DNA of 59,153 bases, filler included, from Sphacelaria rigidula (GCA_964200075.2; 8 parts of 8 records of this genome joined end to end with filler, not necessarily neighbours in it), one strand, 5' to 3'; numbered from the whole stretch's first letter, positions 10,362-23,720 are shown. Numbers and translations: made by a program. The notes: a model not told the origin generated them from the sequence alone.

Positions 10362-13300
10362 GCACAATCGTTAGGTGAGATTTTTGCTGTCGTTGTTGCT
10401 GCTGCTGCTGTCATCATGGTCCCCTGCTGTTACTGCCATCAACCTTTGTTGTCCTTGTCGTCATGGTAAGGGATCAAAATGCAGGTAAGACGAGCACCTA
10501 TACTGTGAATAAAAACTGTTCTCACGAATATATATATATATATATGTATATATACATCTTTCTGTGCTTTGCTTGTGTTGACTTTTTATTACTTTTTTTT
10601 GTCACGACTTAGTCTGATATGTCGTTCTGCTCGACCACTCTCTTTTTTTCTGTTTCTGTTCCTATTTTTTTCTGTTTCTGTTCCTTTATTTTTTTCCGTA
10701 GAGCGTGTTTGAGTTTCGTTTTCTTGGGTACGTCTATCATGAGACCGCGGCTGGACCCTGGGGGCGTCAGTTAAAGTGCGACAATAAAAAATCAAAATCA
10801 TCCATGTTTCGCTCTCTTTCTCTACGTGAAGCGATACTCTGGCAGGCGAAGGTAACACATTGTCAAACTCTCCCTCTCCACCACTATCGGTCTATCCGAC
10901 TGTCTGTCTCGGCTGGCTTTTTTTCGGAGTCTGCTCACCTACTACCACCACCTCTACTTTCTGTACACTGTACTATTCGTACTCGAAACATCTACACGCA
11001 CACGCATCGGAGTATGAAAATTGAGGGCATTCAACCAACCAAGCGAAATTCACGAAAGAAAACGAGCTGGAGAAGCTATCACAAAAAAAAAAAAAAACAG
11101 CAGCACACTTATCCACGCCCGACAGGCGTTTGAGCACCTCCACAGCTTCCACAAATTCTCTCCGGAGAACTAACCCTGCGACACCAGCTGTCCCGTACTT
11201 CATCAGAACGTCCATCACCTCCACTGAAACCTGAAAAAGTGTACAATAATTAACAACCAAACAAAAGCAGATGAACAGTTCTGATAACCAAGGAAGAGTA
11301 TGACATACATATATATATATATATATCCATTTCATCAAGTGTGTGTGCTCTTACTTCGACCTCTTGTTCTGCACCTTATGTGTGGCACAGTACAGTACTA
11401 CTGTAGATACAGGAGTCATGCTCCGGTAGGGATCCACAAAAAACAAACAAACAAGGTCGTGATCTATAGGGTGTACCCACCTGGAAGTGGCGGATTTTTG
11501 GTTGGCATATCATAATATTAATAAACCATACCGAAACGTGTATCCAATAGTCCGGTCCGGTCCGGTCCGGCATGGTTCAGAAGGGTGAGGGTATTTGCCG
11601 ATGAAACGCCTCTCTTACACTCCTGTGAATACCCGAATTTCAGGCGGTATACTTTACAGAACATAACTTCGTTTTGTTCTTTCTGGACGGGTGTACTGGA
11701 GTAAGATACAGACTCTCGCGCACTCGCACCAGTGCAGGTATGACGAAGTTGCGTCTTAACGTGAGGCGATACTCTGGCAGGTAAAGTAAACATCACGAAT
11801 TGCAGGGAAAATATCGTTGTCTTCTTTTACGCCGTGATATTACGTCAGACAAGGTTCGGCCAAAAAACAATTCGATCCCTACCGTAGTGTTCAAGTTTTG
11901 CTCTTCTTGCGTACGTCTATCATACGACCACGGCTGGACCCATGGGGGCTCAGTTAAAGTGCGACAATCAATCAACCAAAATCAATCGATCCTACTATTG
12001 TAGCACGACTCACGGGTAAAATGGGACACTTTTCTTTGTTCCTTCAGAAAAAAGGATATTCATAGTGAGAAGCTTATGAGTTGACATGCCGGTATTTTCG
12101 TCCCACGGAAGAACGCGAACTGTGCCTGAAAAAAAAAAAAGTACCGTAAACGCTATAGATACTATATTTATACATTACAAACGTCATCGGACAAAAGAAG
12201 GCATGATGGTTGTGTCGTTTTCTAGTCAGAACCCCGTTACGCTCTTGCCATAATCCTCCTACTCGTGCAAGTGTCGTAAATACACCAACATGTTCCAGTC
12301 TCTCATTACTTTTTTAATAAAAGTAGTGTGAATAAAATGCAAGTGAAAAAATGAAATAAAATGAATGAAAATATATATTGATGCTGTCCGGTTACCCTCT
12401 ATCGCTATGTACATCTCAATCCCAGGTGCCGTGGCGTGGGAGACCACCACCCGCAGCTGGCTGCCGTACTGCAGTCGATGCACCACTCACGCGAGGGTTG
12501 ATGCTTCTCGTGAGAGGCTATCCAGGAACCTGGCACCTTTTTCACCGTCGGTATGCATGAATAGGCCGATGCGATGGTTAAAAAAAAAAAAACACTAGTG
12601 CTCGCTTTTATCGGCCATGTGTTCCTTACCTATGGCTTTCCATCTTGTGAAAATCACGTGAAGAAACCCTGCAATAGCGTTGGACTGAAAACCTTCTTCA
12701 AGGAGCCGAAATAAAGCTGTTTGATACTTTGCTGACTGTACACTCTTCTAACACCATGCTGACATCTGACTGTATTTACGGTTTACATGGAACTCTGCAC
12801 ACGTCGGACAGGTCATGATGAGCTACCTCGATATTACTTCTTGTTTTTTGTACTGATCCGGATCATGAGCTGGCTCATTTTTTTTAGCCCCCTCTTCACA
12901 AGCTTGCTCCCCACAGCGCTGGACGTCGATCACGCCAAGTAGCGCAAAAGGTAGCGCTCTGGCTTCTCGGACGCTGCTGTCACGTACTTTGTATTTTTGG
13001 ACAAGGGATCTGAGAGTAATCTTCGACTAGTTATTTCAAGTAGTTCATGAGCCGTGCGACGTGTGCAACTCTGTTTCGTTCTTTGATTCACCGGCCGTCG
13101 GAAACAGCTGAGCGTGCTGTCACACCGACACCCCTCCCCCGAAAAACAAAAACACGTGTAGACTACTGAGCCTACTGTAGTCCTCTCACGCACCCAGTAT
13201 GGATCACACCCTGCTGCACAAAAGATTCAAATTGTAAAAATATATACCGTGTACAGTATGGAATCCATTGCCTGCTGCAGTAGGCGCAACAGTCGATACT

Positions 13301-13968
13301 GTACACAGTACACTTCTTGACAGTGTAATATAGTGTCATTATCCAGGGTGTGGTATGGATAAATGGATAAGTGTCCCCCGAAAGGTGGTGATACTCGATG
13401 CATCCTTGCTTTTGTTTTTCTTGTCCTCTTTTCTTCTGGTGAGGGGGGGGCGCAGGCTACCTACAAAACGAGGCCCAACACACACATAATGCCCTTGTTT
13501 GTGGCTCCTCAGGACAAATCCGTGGTTTCAAGGGATCTATCGAGTCATCTCCACCACGTCCGGTACAGTCCACGCCTTACACTTCGACATCGCGGATTAT
13601 TAGAGCAGCACTGCCGAAGACCGCGCCGACACTCGCCAAACATTTTGTCTCTGCTAATGAGGCCATCATATCCTTTACGACGGCACGGAAGCGGGATACT
13701 CAATCAGGCGGGAAGAGCACCCACATACATCTTCCGGGCTTCGGAAAACAATCACCCGCGATCTTTTCTGCCGTAACCTTCGACAACTTCCAGTTGCACT
13801 AGTTTTACACCGCCGAGGCGCTACGTTTAATACAGCACGGCATCGTAACCGTCACTGCCGTTACGCCCAGGACCCCGCCGTCACCTTGACCGCTGTGCCC
13901 AGCGGAGCCGCCTTCGCCACGTAGATTGCGCCATCCACCACACGAAGGGCCTTATCTCCTACGGTGTC
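8107..13968 (-). CDS. Class-3 lipase-like (alpha/beta hydrolase) gene, partial; exons 13885-13968, 11109-11230, 10158-10310, 8107-8369
   Basis: All four exons have AG/GT boundaries with compatible phases (0, 2, 2). They join into one stop-free frame: DTVGDKALRV..TAVK/VSVEVMDVLMKYG..SGVDK/KWPMSVHEMTAAMYYLL..FLRR/MAALPLHFAY..HQPAFSLL..ALVVRGTGSVHDVITDIQAIP. RGT-x-S-x-x-D-x-x-T-D is the Lipase_3 motif. The GHSLG exon is not found in this contig. Confidence 0.85.
8455..8805 (-). mobile_element. tRNA-derived SINE, family 1 (apparently full length), inside a lipase intron
   Basis: On the minus strand: Pol III A box TGGTGTAATGG (8780-8790), B box GGTTCGATTCC (8736-8746), 3' end ..TTCAAAGTGCGACAAAAAATC plus (TAG/TGG)n tail. 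Related head at 37223-37298(-) and related 3' piece at ~9835-9910(-). Confidence 0.8.
9449..9730. repeat. Tandem repeat, about 3 copies of a 90-110-bp unit
   Basis: TGTCC(A/G)AAAAATACAATCCA.(CCAT)n..CTCAATCAACCTT(TAAT)n restarts at ~9449, ~9559 and ~9649. Confidence 0.9.
10311..10350. repeat. (TG)n microsatellite abutting a splice acceptor
   Basis: About 20 TG units directly upstream (minus strand) of the AG of exon 10158-10310. Confidence 0.95.
10700..10800 (+). mobile_element. Retroposon (LINE/SINE) 3'-end fragment with (CAAT)n-type tail; at least 5 copies in the window
   Basis: Core TACGTCTATCATGAGACC.CGGCTGGA.CC.TGGGGG.TCAGTTAAAGTGCGACAAT(CAAT)n at 10727-10800(+), 11910-11985(+), ~22455-22510(-), 26940-27025(-), 38520-38626(+). 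Confidence 0.85.
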
Positions 13969-14816
13969 CTGGACAATAACCGAAAATATGTAATAAAAAC
14001 AGAATAATACGAAGTAATAAATGAAGGGAAAAAAAAAAACAGCGAGACGACACACACAGCGAAGCAGTAGCAGTAGCAGCAAAACGGTCGGGGGATAACG
14101 CAACATTCGGCAATCGCGCCGCCAACAAGAAAAAGGACGGGGACGCCTTTGTGCAACAGTGCGGCGGCAGCTTTCGGCAAGCACAGAGGTATTGTGTTCC
14201 TCGGAACCCGGAGCGGGAAAAAGTACAACGACTACGTAGCGACATCATGCAACGCAGAATTTCGGGTTTCGAATTCTGGTTAATTTCGGCCACTCTTGTA
14301 CCTAACCCGTATCCTATAGGGGACAGGAGGGCGGGGGGGCGGGCTCCGGTGCGGTGTAGATTTATTTATCGATCCAGCAAAACGTCGATACAAACCACCT
14401 CCGTACACACAACACACACACACACACAAGAAGCTGGGGATCGGAAGAACTGCAATACTACCCGCTCTGGAGAAGAAAGCAACAGCAAACAGTATACAGC
14501 AGCATTAGCATTAGCAGCAACAGCAACAATAACAACATTCCATGTATGACAACACAGTCCCTCAGGACCTCAAGGTCGTGAAGGGATAGAATATGCACCT
14601 CCTATTGCATTCCTGATCTACTGCTTTCATCCCCTCCCCACCATATACTAGGATGCAGCTCACCCTTCATGCGACTCGCCGAACACACCACGGCGCTTCG
14701 CGCTTGGTGATTGAGTNNNNNNNNNNNNNNNNNNNNNNNNNNNNNNNNNNNNNNNNNNNNTTAATTAATTAANNNNNNNNNNNNNNNNNNNNNNNNNNNN
14801 NNNNNNNNNNNNNNNN

Positions 14817-15075
14817 CAGGGAAAAAACAAGCCGCCGGAGGCCTTCAATCCCTCTGGAGGAAACCAAACACTACCGACCCGGAGGGCCGCGCACCCCTCC
14901 GGAGGAATTTGGGGGTATGCGTGGCCCTTCAGAGGCAAAAATAAGTCTCCTGGGGCGTTGAATCCCTCTGGAGTAAACCAAAAATCTCCTCTGGAGGACC
15001 GCGCATCCCTTCGGAGGCGTTTAATTTCTCCGGAGGCTCGCAAAGTTTACCCACCTGGAGGAAATTTGGAGGTAG
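14817..15075. repeat. Array of ~12 quasi-palindromic CCTC(C/T)GGAGG motifs
   Basis: Motif variants at about 14835, 14851, 14878, 14896, 14926, 14947, 14965, 14988, 15008, 15028, 15054 and 15067, with unrelated or A-tract spacers. Confidence 0.8.
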
Positions 15076-16177
15076 CCATTTGGCCGCGTGTGTACGCTAG
15101 TGATACACGCAAAGAAAAGCACACACGGAATGAAAAATTGGCAAGTTAAGGTGAATAATAAAACCCACGCTCAATCAGCGCTCTACTCTCCATCTCATGA
15201 AAACATTGATTGTTGGTTGAGCTTTACGGTTCAACTATACTCCGATGTGCGGAGATCACTAATGCGTCATGCCGGGACGGACCACACATCATATCTTTTG
15301 TTCAGGAAGCGAACAGTCTGCCCATTGAACTAGTGAGCGCTCACTGGTTCAATGGGTAAACTGTTCGCTTTTCCTGGACACGATGCCCGGGCCACGCAAA
15401 CTCCGGGTCTCCTCTCCGGCTGAATGCCTATTGAGCTCTCCTCTACAAGTATTCCTGGAGTCAGCGTTGGAGAGCATAGACTGCTCCACTCAATGAACCG
15501 GAATATCTCCCCGGACTCCACCGCTCTGTAAGGAATTGACGTGATGAAGAGTCGTGTTATTTTTGTTGGCGCGGAGAGACGAACAGATTTTCCTGTTATT
15601 GTCAACTCCTGAACATCACGTCGGCATGTCTGCAGTAACCGTTCGTCGTGGGTGATGCCATGTCATTCTTTTATATATTTGTGTGGAGGGTTAGAGGGAA
15701 TGGCCCAAATGAAATCAGAAAAAAAAACGCAGGTTCCCGCGCTAAATGAAAAAGCTGTCGATGCGGGGGTCAAGGTGGCTCATTCTAAGCAACACATTTC
15801 CCTATCGATTTAGTACCGGATACCGTGGAAATAGGAGACAACCGAGGTTGTGCGCCGCGAGCTGGGAGATATCGAAAACGTACGCTTACACCAACAAGCA
15901 GCAACGATGCGTTGACACAACCATACTTTGCGGTCTTCAGTTGAATTGTTACAGATTCCTATGGACAACGTATCCCCATCGCCAGCCACATCTACCTCAA
16001 CTGGTCAGTCGTGTGAACATCAGCCTTATGCTTCTCCTCGACTCGCTTTTTAGACATTTTGGGTACACCCTTTCCCCGAGCCACGACACTACAACGCCAA
16101 CAAACATAACAGTCCCGTTGCTACAACCGCCGCCGCCTCACAACCCCTACACCTCGGTTTCCCTTCGTAAAGGAATC

Positions 16178-17299
16178 TCAGCACCGTTCCTCCTTTACGT
16201 GCCGCGGTGAGAGCAAAGATCGCGAAGCCTTTTTCGCCAACAGGGCCGTTCCCTGTGGGGAATCCAACGGCTCCATAACAGCATTCTCAAGACAAAAATC
16301 TTTTGACGCGTCTACCCCCGGGGATAAACAAAACGCCGCCACTGGTGGAGCACGCGGCTGTGGAGATGGGAACGAGCCGTGTTCCGGTGCTGCTTCTTGA
16401 ACACTAACACCTCCCTCCTGCTCTTTGTAGTCCGGAATAGATGCTTTTGAAAGGGGGAGACTAACTTGTTCAACTTCTTCAGCAGACGAAGGGCTCAGCT
16501 CGGTTTCATTGCCATCCCTACTGTGGTAACTATTCATCGCTCTATCTTCCTCTTCTGCGATTTTTCCGGCCACCGTTTCCTCACCACCCTCGACCAGAAT
16601 TTGCGCAGCAGCACCGCTACCGCATAATGTCTCTAGACCCCTTGCCCTTCTTCTTTCTGACGGTGGCATTGATATTCCCATCTCACGGCGTCTCTGTGCT
16701 TGTGTATCATTTCGCTGTTTGGTTATTTGTGGTAGTCGTTGGTCTCGGGAAGCTACCTCCCCCGGTTGCTCGAGCTGCTGGGTGCTCCCACAGGACGCCC
16801 CGATGCTGCCATCGACCCTACTTTCACTCTTATCGCTGTTTTTGTTTCCGGCCCTGCCACAGATACCGCGATCCACCCCGATTCCGATCTTTGCATTTGC
16901 TCCATCATCGATCTTGTTATCAATTCCTTCATCAAGTTCGCTAGCGACCACTTCATCAATCCCGCCATTCACCATACCGTCCCCCGGCGGATTCATGATC
17001 TCCTTGTCGATCCCTTCATCGACCTCGTTGTCGCTCCCGTGTTCGATTCTTGCGATGTCGTTGCCAGGGGCGTTGTTACAGTTCTCCACGTAGTTGATGA
17101 TGACAGTGCTGTCGATTTCCATCTCGGTCGTTTGAGCACTCACGCCATGTCGGTTGCCGCTGGTCTCCCTGGTGTCTCCGACAGCCCCGCTGTCGCTCGC
17201 CGCAGATACTATTCTTCTGTTGTGTCGTGCTGTAGAAGATCCTTCTCCAAGCGTTTCGTCGGATTCTTCTTCAAGATCTGAGAGTCGATCTTCCTCCAT
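16178..17299 (-). CDS. Long acidic, low-complexity open frame of unknown function (~370 aa; probable large exon)
   Basis: Longest stop-free frame in the window (16178-17380). Plausible start MEEDRLSDLEEESDE at 17299; internal degenerate repeats (EVDEGID/MVNGGID/ELDEGID/GVDRGI). No recognised domain. Confidence 0.45.
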   Translation of the reverse strand: MEEDRLSDLEEESDETLGEGSSTARHNRRIVSAASDSGAVGDTRETSGNRHGVSAQTTEMEIDSTVIINYVENCNNAPGNDIARIEHGSDNEVDEGIDKEIMNPPGDGMVNGGIDEVVASELDEGIDNKIDDGANAKIGIGVDRGICGRAGNKNSDKSESRVDGSIGASCGSTQQLEQPGEVASRDQRLPQITKQRNDTQAQRRREMGISMPPSERRRARGLETLCGSGAAAQILVEGGEETVAGKIAEEEDRAMNSYHSRDGNETELSPSSAEEVEQVSLPLSKASIPDYKEQEGGVSVQEAAPEHGSFPSPQPRAPPVAAFCLSPGVDASKDFCLENAVMEPLDSPQGTALLAKKASRSLLSPRHVKEERC

Positions 17300-20200
17300 T
17301 CCGATCTTCCGAACGAGGAAGAAAAGCACAACGAAACATCGAGTGGATGGAATCGATTCAACTGCAGCCCGGGGTATCATGAACGGTGCGGTGTCATGAG
17401 TGTCAAAAGCGTGTGGCCTTTTTTTGCCGACTTCAACTTCGGCTCAGGGCTGAGAACTGCGAGAACGTTGTTGTTCTCAGCCCAGAGCGCTCAGGCGCAA
17501 CCTAATCCAGGGGCAGAATCACTAGTTTTCGTTCAACCCTGACTGAACTGGATGACATCAGTCACTTCGTTACAGTAACTCACGGTAACCACCAGATAAA
17601 CATCGAGTGCCGAGAGCTCTCCTTGACTTCTTCTCGAATACACTTGTAGCTCGACATGTCTCACACAACAGTTTTCGCGATGTTGAGAGCGAGGTATTAA
17701 AATAATAGTGAGGACCCAAAGGAACGGAAATCCTAGTCCATTTATGGGCTGGTCTTTCGTGGGGGATACTGCGTTGAGCTAGTCGACGAGCGGCTGGAAT
17801 GAAAGCTCTCAACCGTGGGATTAATCTGACCTATACTTTCATTATATTGGCTTTGTCAATTATCAGAAATCTACGGGTAGAACTCCAGATTTCCAGAAAT
17901 GGTCGATTAATGCCTGAAATAGCCTCACTGCTGAAATACCCTTCCAGGTCTCCTATGCTTTCTGGAGTCGCTTGCCACTGAACCTTACGACATCCCTGAG
18001 CAGGATATCGACATTTATCTGTAAGCACATGACATTTGTACCGGCAAGACAAAAACACATTATGATGGATCGGTCAAGCTAGAGCGAGTCACGAACCTCA
18101 TTCATTTCAATGCTTCACTCTTCATCTCACGAAAATTTTGTTATATGTTTCTCCTCAGGAAAGCTCGAGGCCCTTAGAGCATCGGTTCAGCCGATCCCCG
18201 AACACTTAAGGGCTCGAATTGTTGTACCCCCCACCCACCCACCCCCGAGAACTCAGCTGATACAACGATCGGGTGGAATGGTCCATCACAGCAACACGGC
18301 GGTGTAATCGTGCAGCGCCACACAGGATACATGCCAAACGTTTGCGGTGTTCTCGGTTAACGTGCCTCTGTCATTAGATGCAAGTCGGCAGTATTGGGGC
18401 CATACATACGAACGCAACACATCGAATTGTGGATGATGACAAATCATCCCGAAAAAGCACATCATGTTCCTCCGTGGCGACTATTTTCTTCATCCACGAC
18501 CACTAGGCGGTTGACTGCAATACGTACCCCACTGTACGTCGAATTGTCAACAAAATGACCGTCCGTGTTAGCATTCTACAGACAAGGTTATCGTACCCCG
18601 AGGTGACGATTGGGAATTTCGGCTCGTACGTTAATCTGTACTGCCGTAAGCGTGCGTATTCCGCGCATCAATGCGGGCACCTTTTCCCCGAGCCTACGGG
18701 GAATATCTTTTGCTACGCTCCCTGACTAGTTCGAGCCTTCCTCGATTGGGTGAAGACGAGGACGACATGCCGAATGAGTGTGGATTCAAAATGCTACTCG
18801 TGAGGGCAAGGGAAGTGAGACATCTGGGGTATCTAGATATAAACCTTTGAGCCTTGACCCCCGCACAGCCCCCGTCGTTGTACGCCTCCTGTATAGCTGA
18901 GTTTGGGGAACTGCTTCGTCGCTCAAATGACGTAGGCGTGAACGAGAGTGAGACGGCTAAAGGAACCTCGAGATGTGTCACTCTACATTTCAACATTCAC
19001 CTGTCGACGCAACCGCGCGTACCATCAAATGTAATCAAGGATTTCACCACAAAACGCGATGTATGCTAAAATAATCAGTCTTTCAAGGGAGCAGCAAGTT
19101 AACGTGTGACAATCAATAAAGTAACCGTGCCTGTATGACACCCGTTACACTCACGGCGCAATGGGCAGCTTCCGCCTGCCTCAGCAGAGCATCAAACCCC
19201 AGCAGATAGTCCGGGAGCGGGGGGGAACCAGGACCCTGTCGAAAACAAGCGAGTGGAGGCTCCAGGTGTGACAAGACTTCGTGCATGCGTGGCACTAGAT
19301 ACATTGAGGGGCTATAACCAGAAGATATGTGTGGGCAACGGTGTTCGAAGGGCCCATTTCACGTGTGCCCGATTGCGACGAAGTCATTGCTGCTGTTGGC
19401 CATCGCTGACATTCAAGCGCTCATCAGCATTAACACTTCGCCTGGACAGAGAGGAAAATGATCATTATATTTCTACGCACAACATGATATTCCTACCGGA
19501 ACCCTGTCGCTTCTGGAGTCGTACACTTGCCTTCCAGGACACCGCAACTCTATCGTGCCGCGGCATTGCCCTCGATGCGGCATACGGTAGCAATCATCTC
19601 GCTTGTCCCCTACTACATCTGGCGATCGTGCACATTCGACATTTTTTTCACTAGAAGTGCGAGTACCAGAGCTCTCATCTGACTCCTGTCCAGAATTAAG
19701 CAGCGTGTCACATCATGAAATCCCAGAGAAACAAACCGCCGGGTTTGCTCGTACTGCTAAAAAGTCGTCACGGCATGACAATTTCACTCGAGTACTACGG
19801 AAGAAGCGCAGCTCTCACCCGACTCCTCCGGATATCAAACAGCAATCCCCCACTCGCGCCTCCATCATAGAACCCCTCCCTTCCATCCCCACCATCCCCA
19901 CTGCTACCGTCGCCGTTGCCTGCATCATCACCGCATGGCGCTGGCTTCTCTCTCACCCATCTTTCATTTTTTACCTCAGCTGTAGAACCGGGAGCCGCCA
20001 GCACTACTGTCCCATCGCCACTTGGAGCATGACCATTCTCCGAGGGAGCGGAGCGAGTGGCCTCCCGATTGTTTCCTCGAACCACAGATTCTAGAGCAGT
20101 CGATTTTTGAACCTTGGGTTTTCGAGCATGCCCTTCTTCAATAAGAGACTCTTGATTGCCCAAGGGTGCTATCAAGGAGGCGTCGCCACATGGGGGGGCA

Positions 20201-22744
20201 ATACGGGGATTCCGTAGAGATCGACAGCGCCCAACCTTCTTGGCTAGTTTCCGATGCACGAACACCGTCGCTGGGCCTGTACGAAAATCATGAAAAACAA
20301 ACAAACAATAACATGCGTGCCGCGAAAAGAATACAGTGATGTGAGACACACGAAAGTAGCAAGAAGCGACAAAATCTTGCGGTACAAGTGGGAAACCGCA
20401 GACATGAAACAAGTACAACTATGTCACGACGAAACGTGCCGAACGAGCATAGCTTTTTCGCTGCGTGCAGTCCGATGGGATAGTAGGCGTCGGCCCAGGG
20501 GACACCTACGTGCGAATACCCCTCGGCGCTTGTTTACCCTTGCTGCTAGGACATTACACCTAATACTCGCCCTCCCGAGGAGCGGCCTGATTTTCTACGA
20601 TGCGGGTACGCGGTACGTACTGCACGAGGTCTCAAGTCTGGCACGGTACATTAGTGCATGTCCGATGCCCTCGCTCCCGCATCGCTTCAACGCACGGCAG
20701 GCCGACAAAATGCCGGGTTTCCGATCAGCTACATATTCGACTACCATGCCTTACGGAGGTGGATGTTGAACCCGCCGAAATGTGGGTAGAGCGTGCATTA
20801 CACCTCCACAACATTAATAATATGCTATGCGAGTGTTCTCGAGATTCGCAACGATTTCCCCCCGAAAGCCAGGCGTAAAACGACCGGCGTGGTTCGCAAG
20901 GGTATTTGCCGAATTTTTCCTGTTTCACACTTATGATGCTTGTGTAAATACCCCATGAATAATTCCAGCCGGTATACTTTACAGAGCACAACGTTGAGCA
21001 TTTATTTTTCGCCTCGCTCCGCAATCATCGTATTGCTTCCCTTGTATCATCTACCTGGTACAGAAATGGTGCAGAAATGAAATCTTTTCTGCTCATATTA
21101 GTCCTCCTCCCAATGGTACAACAGGACCTGCTTACTGCTACCTGCCACATACGTGTAGCAACAAAGCATTTTGATTGATCTGATTGATTTGATTGATTGG
21201 TTACTTCAGCTTATTCCCCAGGCAGTCATGATCCAGTCGTGGTCATTATCCACATGATGCACGTACCCGGGACGAAAACAAAACTGACGCATTCGCTGAA
21301 GTTAAGTGAAGAAAACAGAAAAAAAAGTAGAACAGATAAGCAAAGTGGGCTAAGAATAGAAAGTAGGAATAGGAATGGCCGACCTCTATCTCCCACACAT
21401 GTGCGAAACATATCAGCTCCTATGCTGATGATAGCTTGCGCTGTACAAAATGCTCTATTCTCGTACAGATCAACCATACCACTGCTCTGTGTCTTCGGGG
21501 TGTAATGATGCACATGTGCAAATATATCATGCTGTATTCTATCATTCGTCTGACAACATACTTACCCCAGCTCATCTCGTAGCGTTTCTTATCTAAGAGC
21601 TCGAACCGTCGCGAAGGGAGCTGCTTCGTGAACGTTATCACCACGGCACCGGTCTTCAGTTTCTCTGCCTGTTTATTTTCAATAATTCACGGTTCGGACG
21701 AATCATCGCTGGTTCGAATCACTAAATACACGCTTTCATGGGTCTGATTGCTCGAACGAGAGAAAAAACTCGACCGTTGGTCGAGAAGGTCTCCGCGCAA
21801 TTTTTGCGTCATTCCGCGTGCTTGGGGTGTGCGTCCCTGGGTTGCGACGCTGGAAACAAGCCTAACGACTGATTCGTACGGTACGAATCAACTACATTTA
21901 AATAAAGTAATTTCCATACGAATCCTTAATTCGTCCGACCCTTGCAATGGTTTGAACGAGACGAGAACAAAAGGTGAGAAATACGAATTAACGGAGGTGA
22001 ACGACAAAAAGGGAGAAAATTCAAGCGTGCAGATGTTCCTGAAAAACAACCCCCCTCCCCCTCGAGCCTGGTCCGGCGAAAACCCGGCGTGCTCCGTCCC
22101 GGCTTTGTAGGGATGCGAGGTCANNNNNNNNNNNNNNNNNNNNNNNNNNNNNNNNNNNNNNNNNNNNTTAATTAATTAANNNNNNNNNNNNNNNNNNNNN
22201 NNNNNNNNNNNNNNNNNNNNNNNTGATGACTATGGCAAGCATGATCATGAGTACACCCCCCCCCCTCCTTCATCCCACCCCTAAGAAAACGTCCAACAAA
22301 TCTGATTGAAAGCACGCCCTGTTCAGTTTCGTACCGTTTGCTGATGTGTGCAGTCTGCGCGTTGTGAAGAATATATATGGTCTCAACGATCTGGGCACGC
22401 TGCTGCCGCTGGGTAGTTACCAGCGTTGCAGGTTTGGTAAATGATTGGTCTTGAATGATTGAAATTGATTGTCGCACTTCAACTGAACCCCCGGGGGTCA
22501 TGATCCAGCCGTCGTCATCATCTATATGATCGGCGTACTCGCTGGAGATAAAAGGATAAATAGAGAAAGGTAGAACAGAACAACGGGATAGACTAGGACG
22601 TAAAAAGAGAAAACAGGTAAATAAAAAGGAGGTAAACGGCCGGTCCCTGTCACATGGCTTCGGCGGAAAAGGTCTTGCGCAGAACCACACTCATGGTGTT
22701 GGTAGATGACAGCACGTATACAGTAGTTTCCAGCTGCATTAGGG

Positions 22745-23720
22745 GATGCTTGCAGTTTTTCGTAGTTGGCGATTTTCAATACTTGTTCCGCGTGCCACCG
22801 CTTATCCCAGCGGACGTTTGGTCTCAAAAGTTGGGGATCAGAAAATATGAGGCAGCAACTCCACGTTCCGGGAAAAACATCGCCTTTGCTCCCAACATTG
22901 AACTACTCACGGGCTGACCGGTTTTCGGGGGGTCCTGCGACTATCCAGCCCCATGCTCTGACATTTGATTACTTTAGCTCGATTGAAGCAATCCCGATCA
23001 TTCTCGTGAACAGATGCCAAGGGATGTTTAAAAAATAAATTCATCACCTGTTCATTGCGCCAGAGCCGAAAAACTGTGTTTTTGGACCAGTGACTGTCGA
23101 CAACACCCCCTGATAAACGAGGTACTTGCTCTATATCACTCCGAAAATACGAACTTGAGGGTCGTGTCCTGAGCACGATCTGCTTGATCTCCCAACGTCT
23201 ATCGACGCTGGGACTCTCAAGCGCTAAGGAGGATTAAACGAGAAAATTCAGAAAAATACCCAACGACGAAAATTACTCAACCGAGCTCTGCATAGCACAG
23301 GGGGCGTACTCATTTGTTGCTTTCCTTGGTCGTTTGACCATTGACCACGCATCCCTTTCGAGACGGAGCACCGCTCCTACTCTCAATAGAGACTCTTGCA
23401 TAGCACAAAGGGGCGGTGAATCAATCTCGATCGCTATCGTGAATATTTGCATAGCCCCTTAGTTTTTAACCTATCGATTGCGATGAAGCCGATAGAAAAT
23501 GTGTTTTGGAAAAACCCCGGCCAATTAAACACCCCCTCTCAGTTCAGCCCGTAATTCGTTCAATATTTGAGCACAGAGATGATTTTTGTTTCGGGATGTG
23601 GAGGTGATGCTGTACCCAGTATCTCTCGATCCCCAAACTTCAAGATCAAACGTTCATGGGGATGCACGGTGGCACGCGAAAAACTATTGACAATCGCTGA
23701 CTACGAAAAAGTCGGAACTG
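22745..23720. mobile_element. Old foldback/MITE-like element with long diverged inverted arms
   Basis: 22755-22930 (TTTTTCGTAGTTGGCGATTTTCAATA..CGCGTGCCACCG..ACGTTTGGTCT..TTGGGGATC) matches the reverse complement of ~23535-23710. Confidence 0.7.

Noticed and set aside
12406-12990. Extra lipase exons in GC-rich intronic patches
   Set aside because: They contain stops or lack phase-compatible splice sites, and the flanking exons already join in frame.
22067-22270. Contig 3 end and contig 4 start look like consecutive halves of the same repeat
   Set aside because: High-copy repeats commonly break assemblies, and contig order follows length, so the apparent continuity is most likely coincidental.
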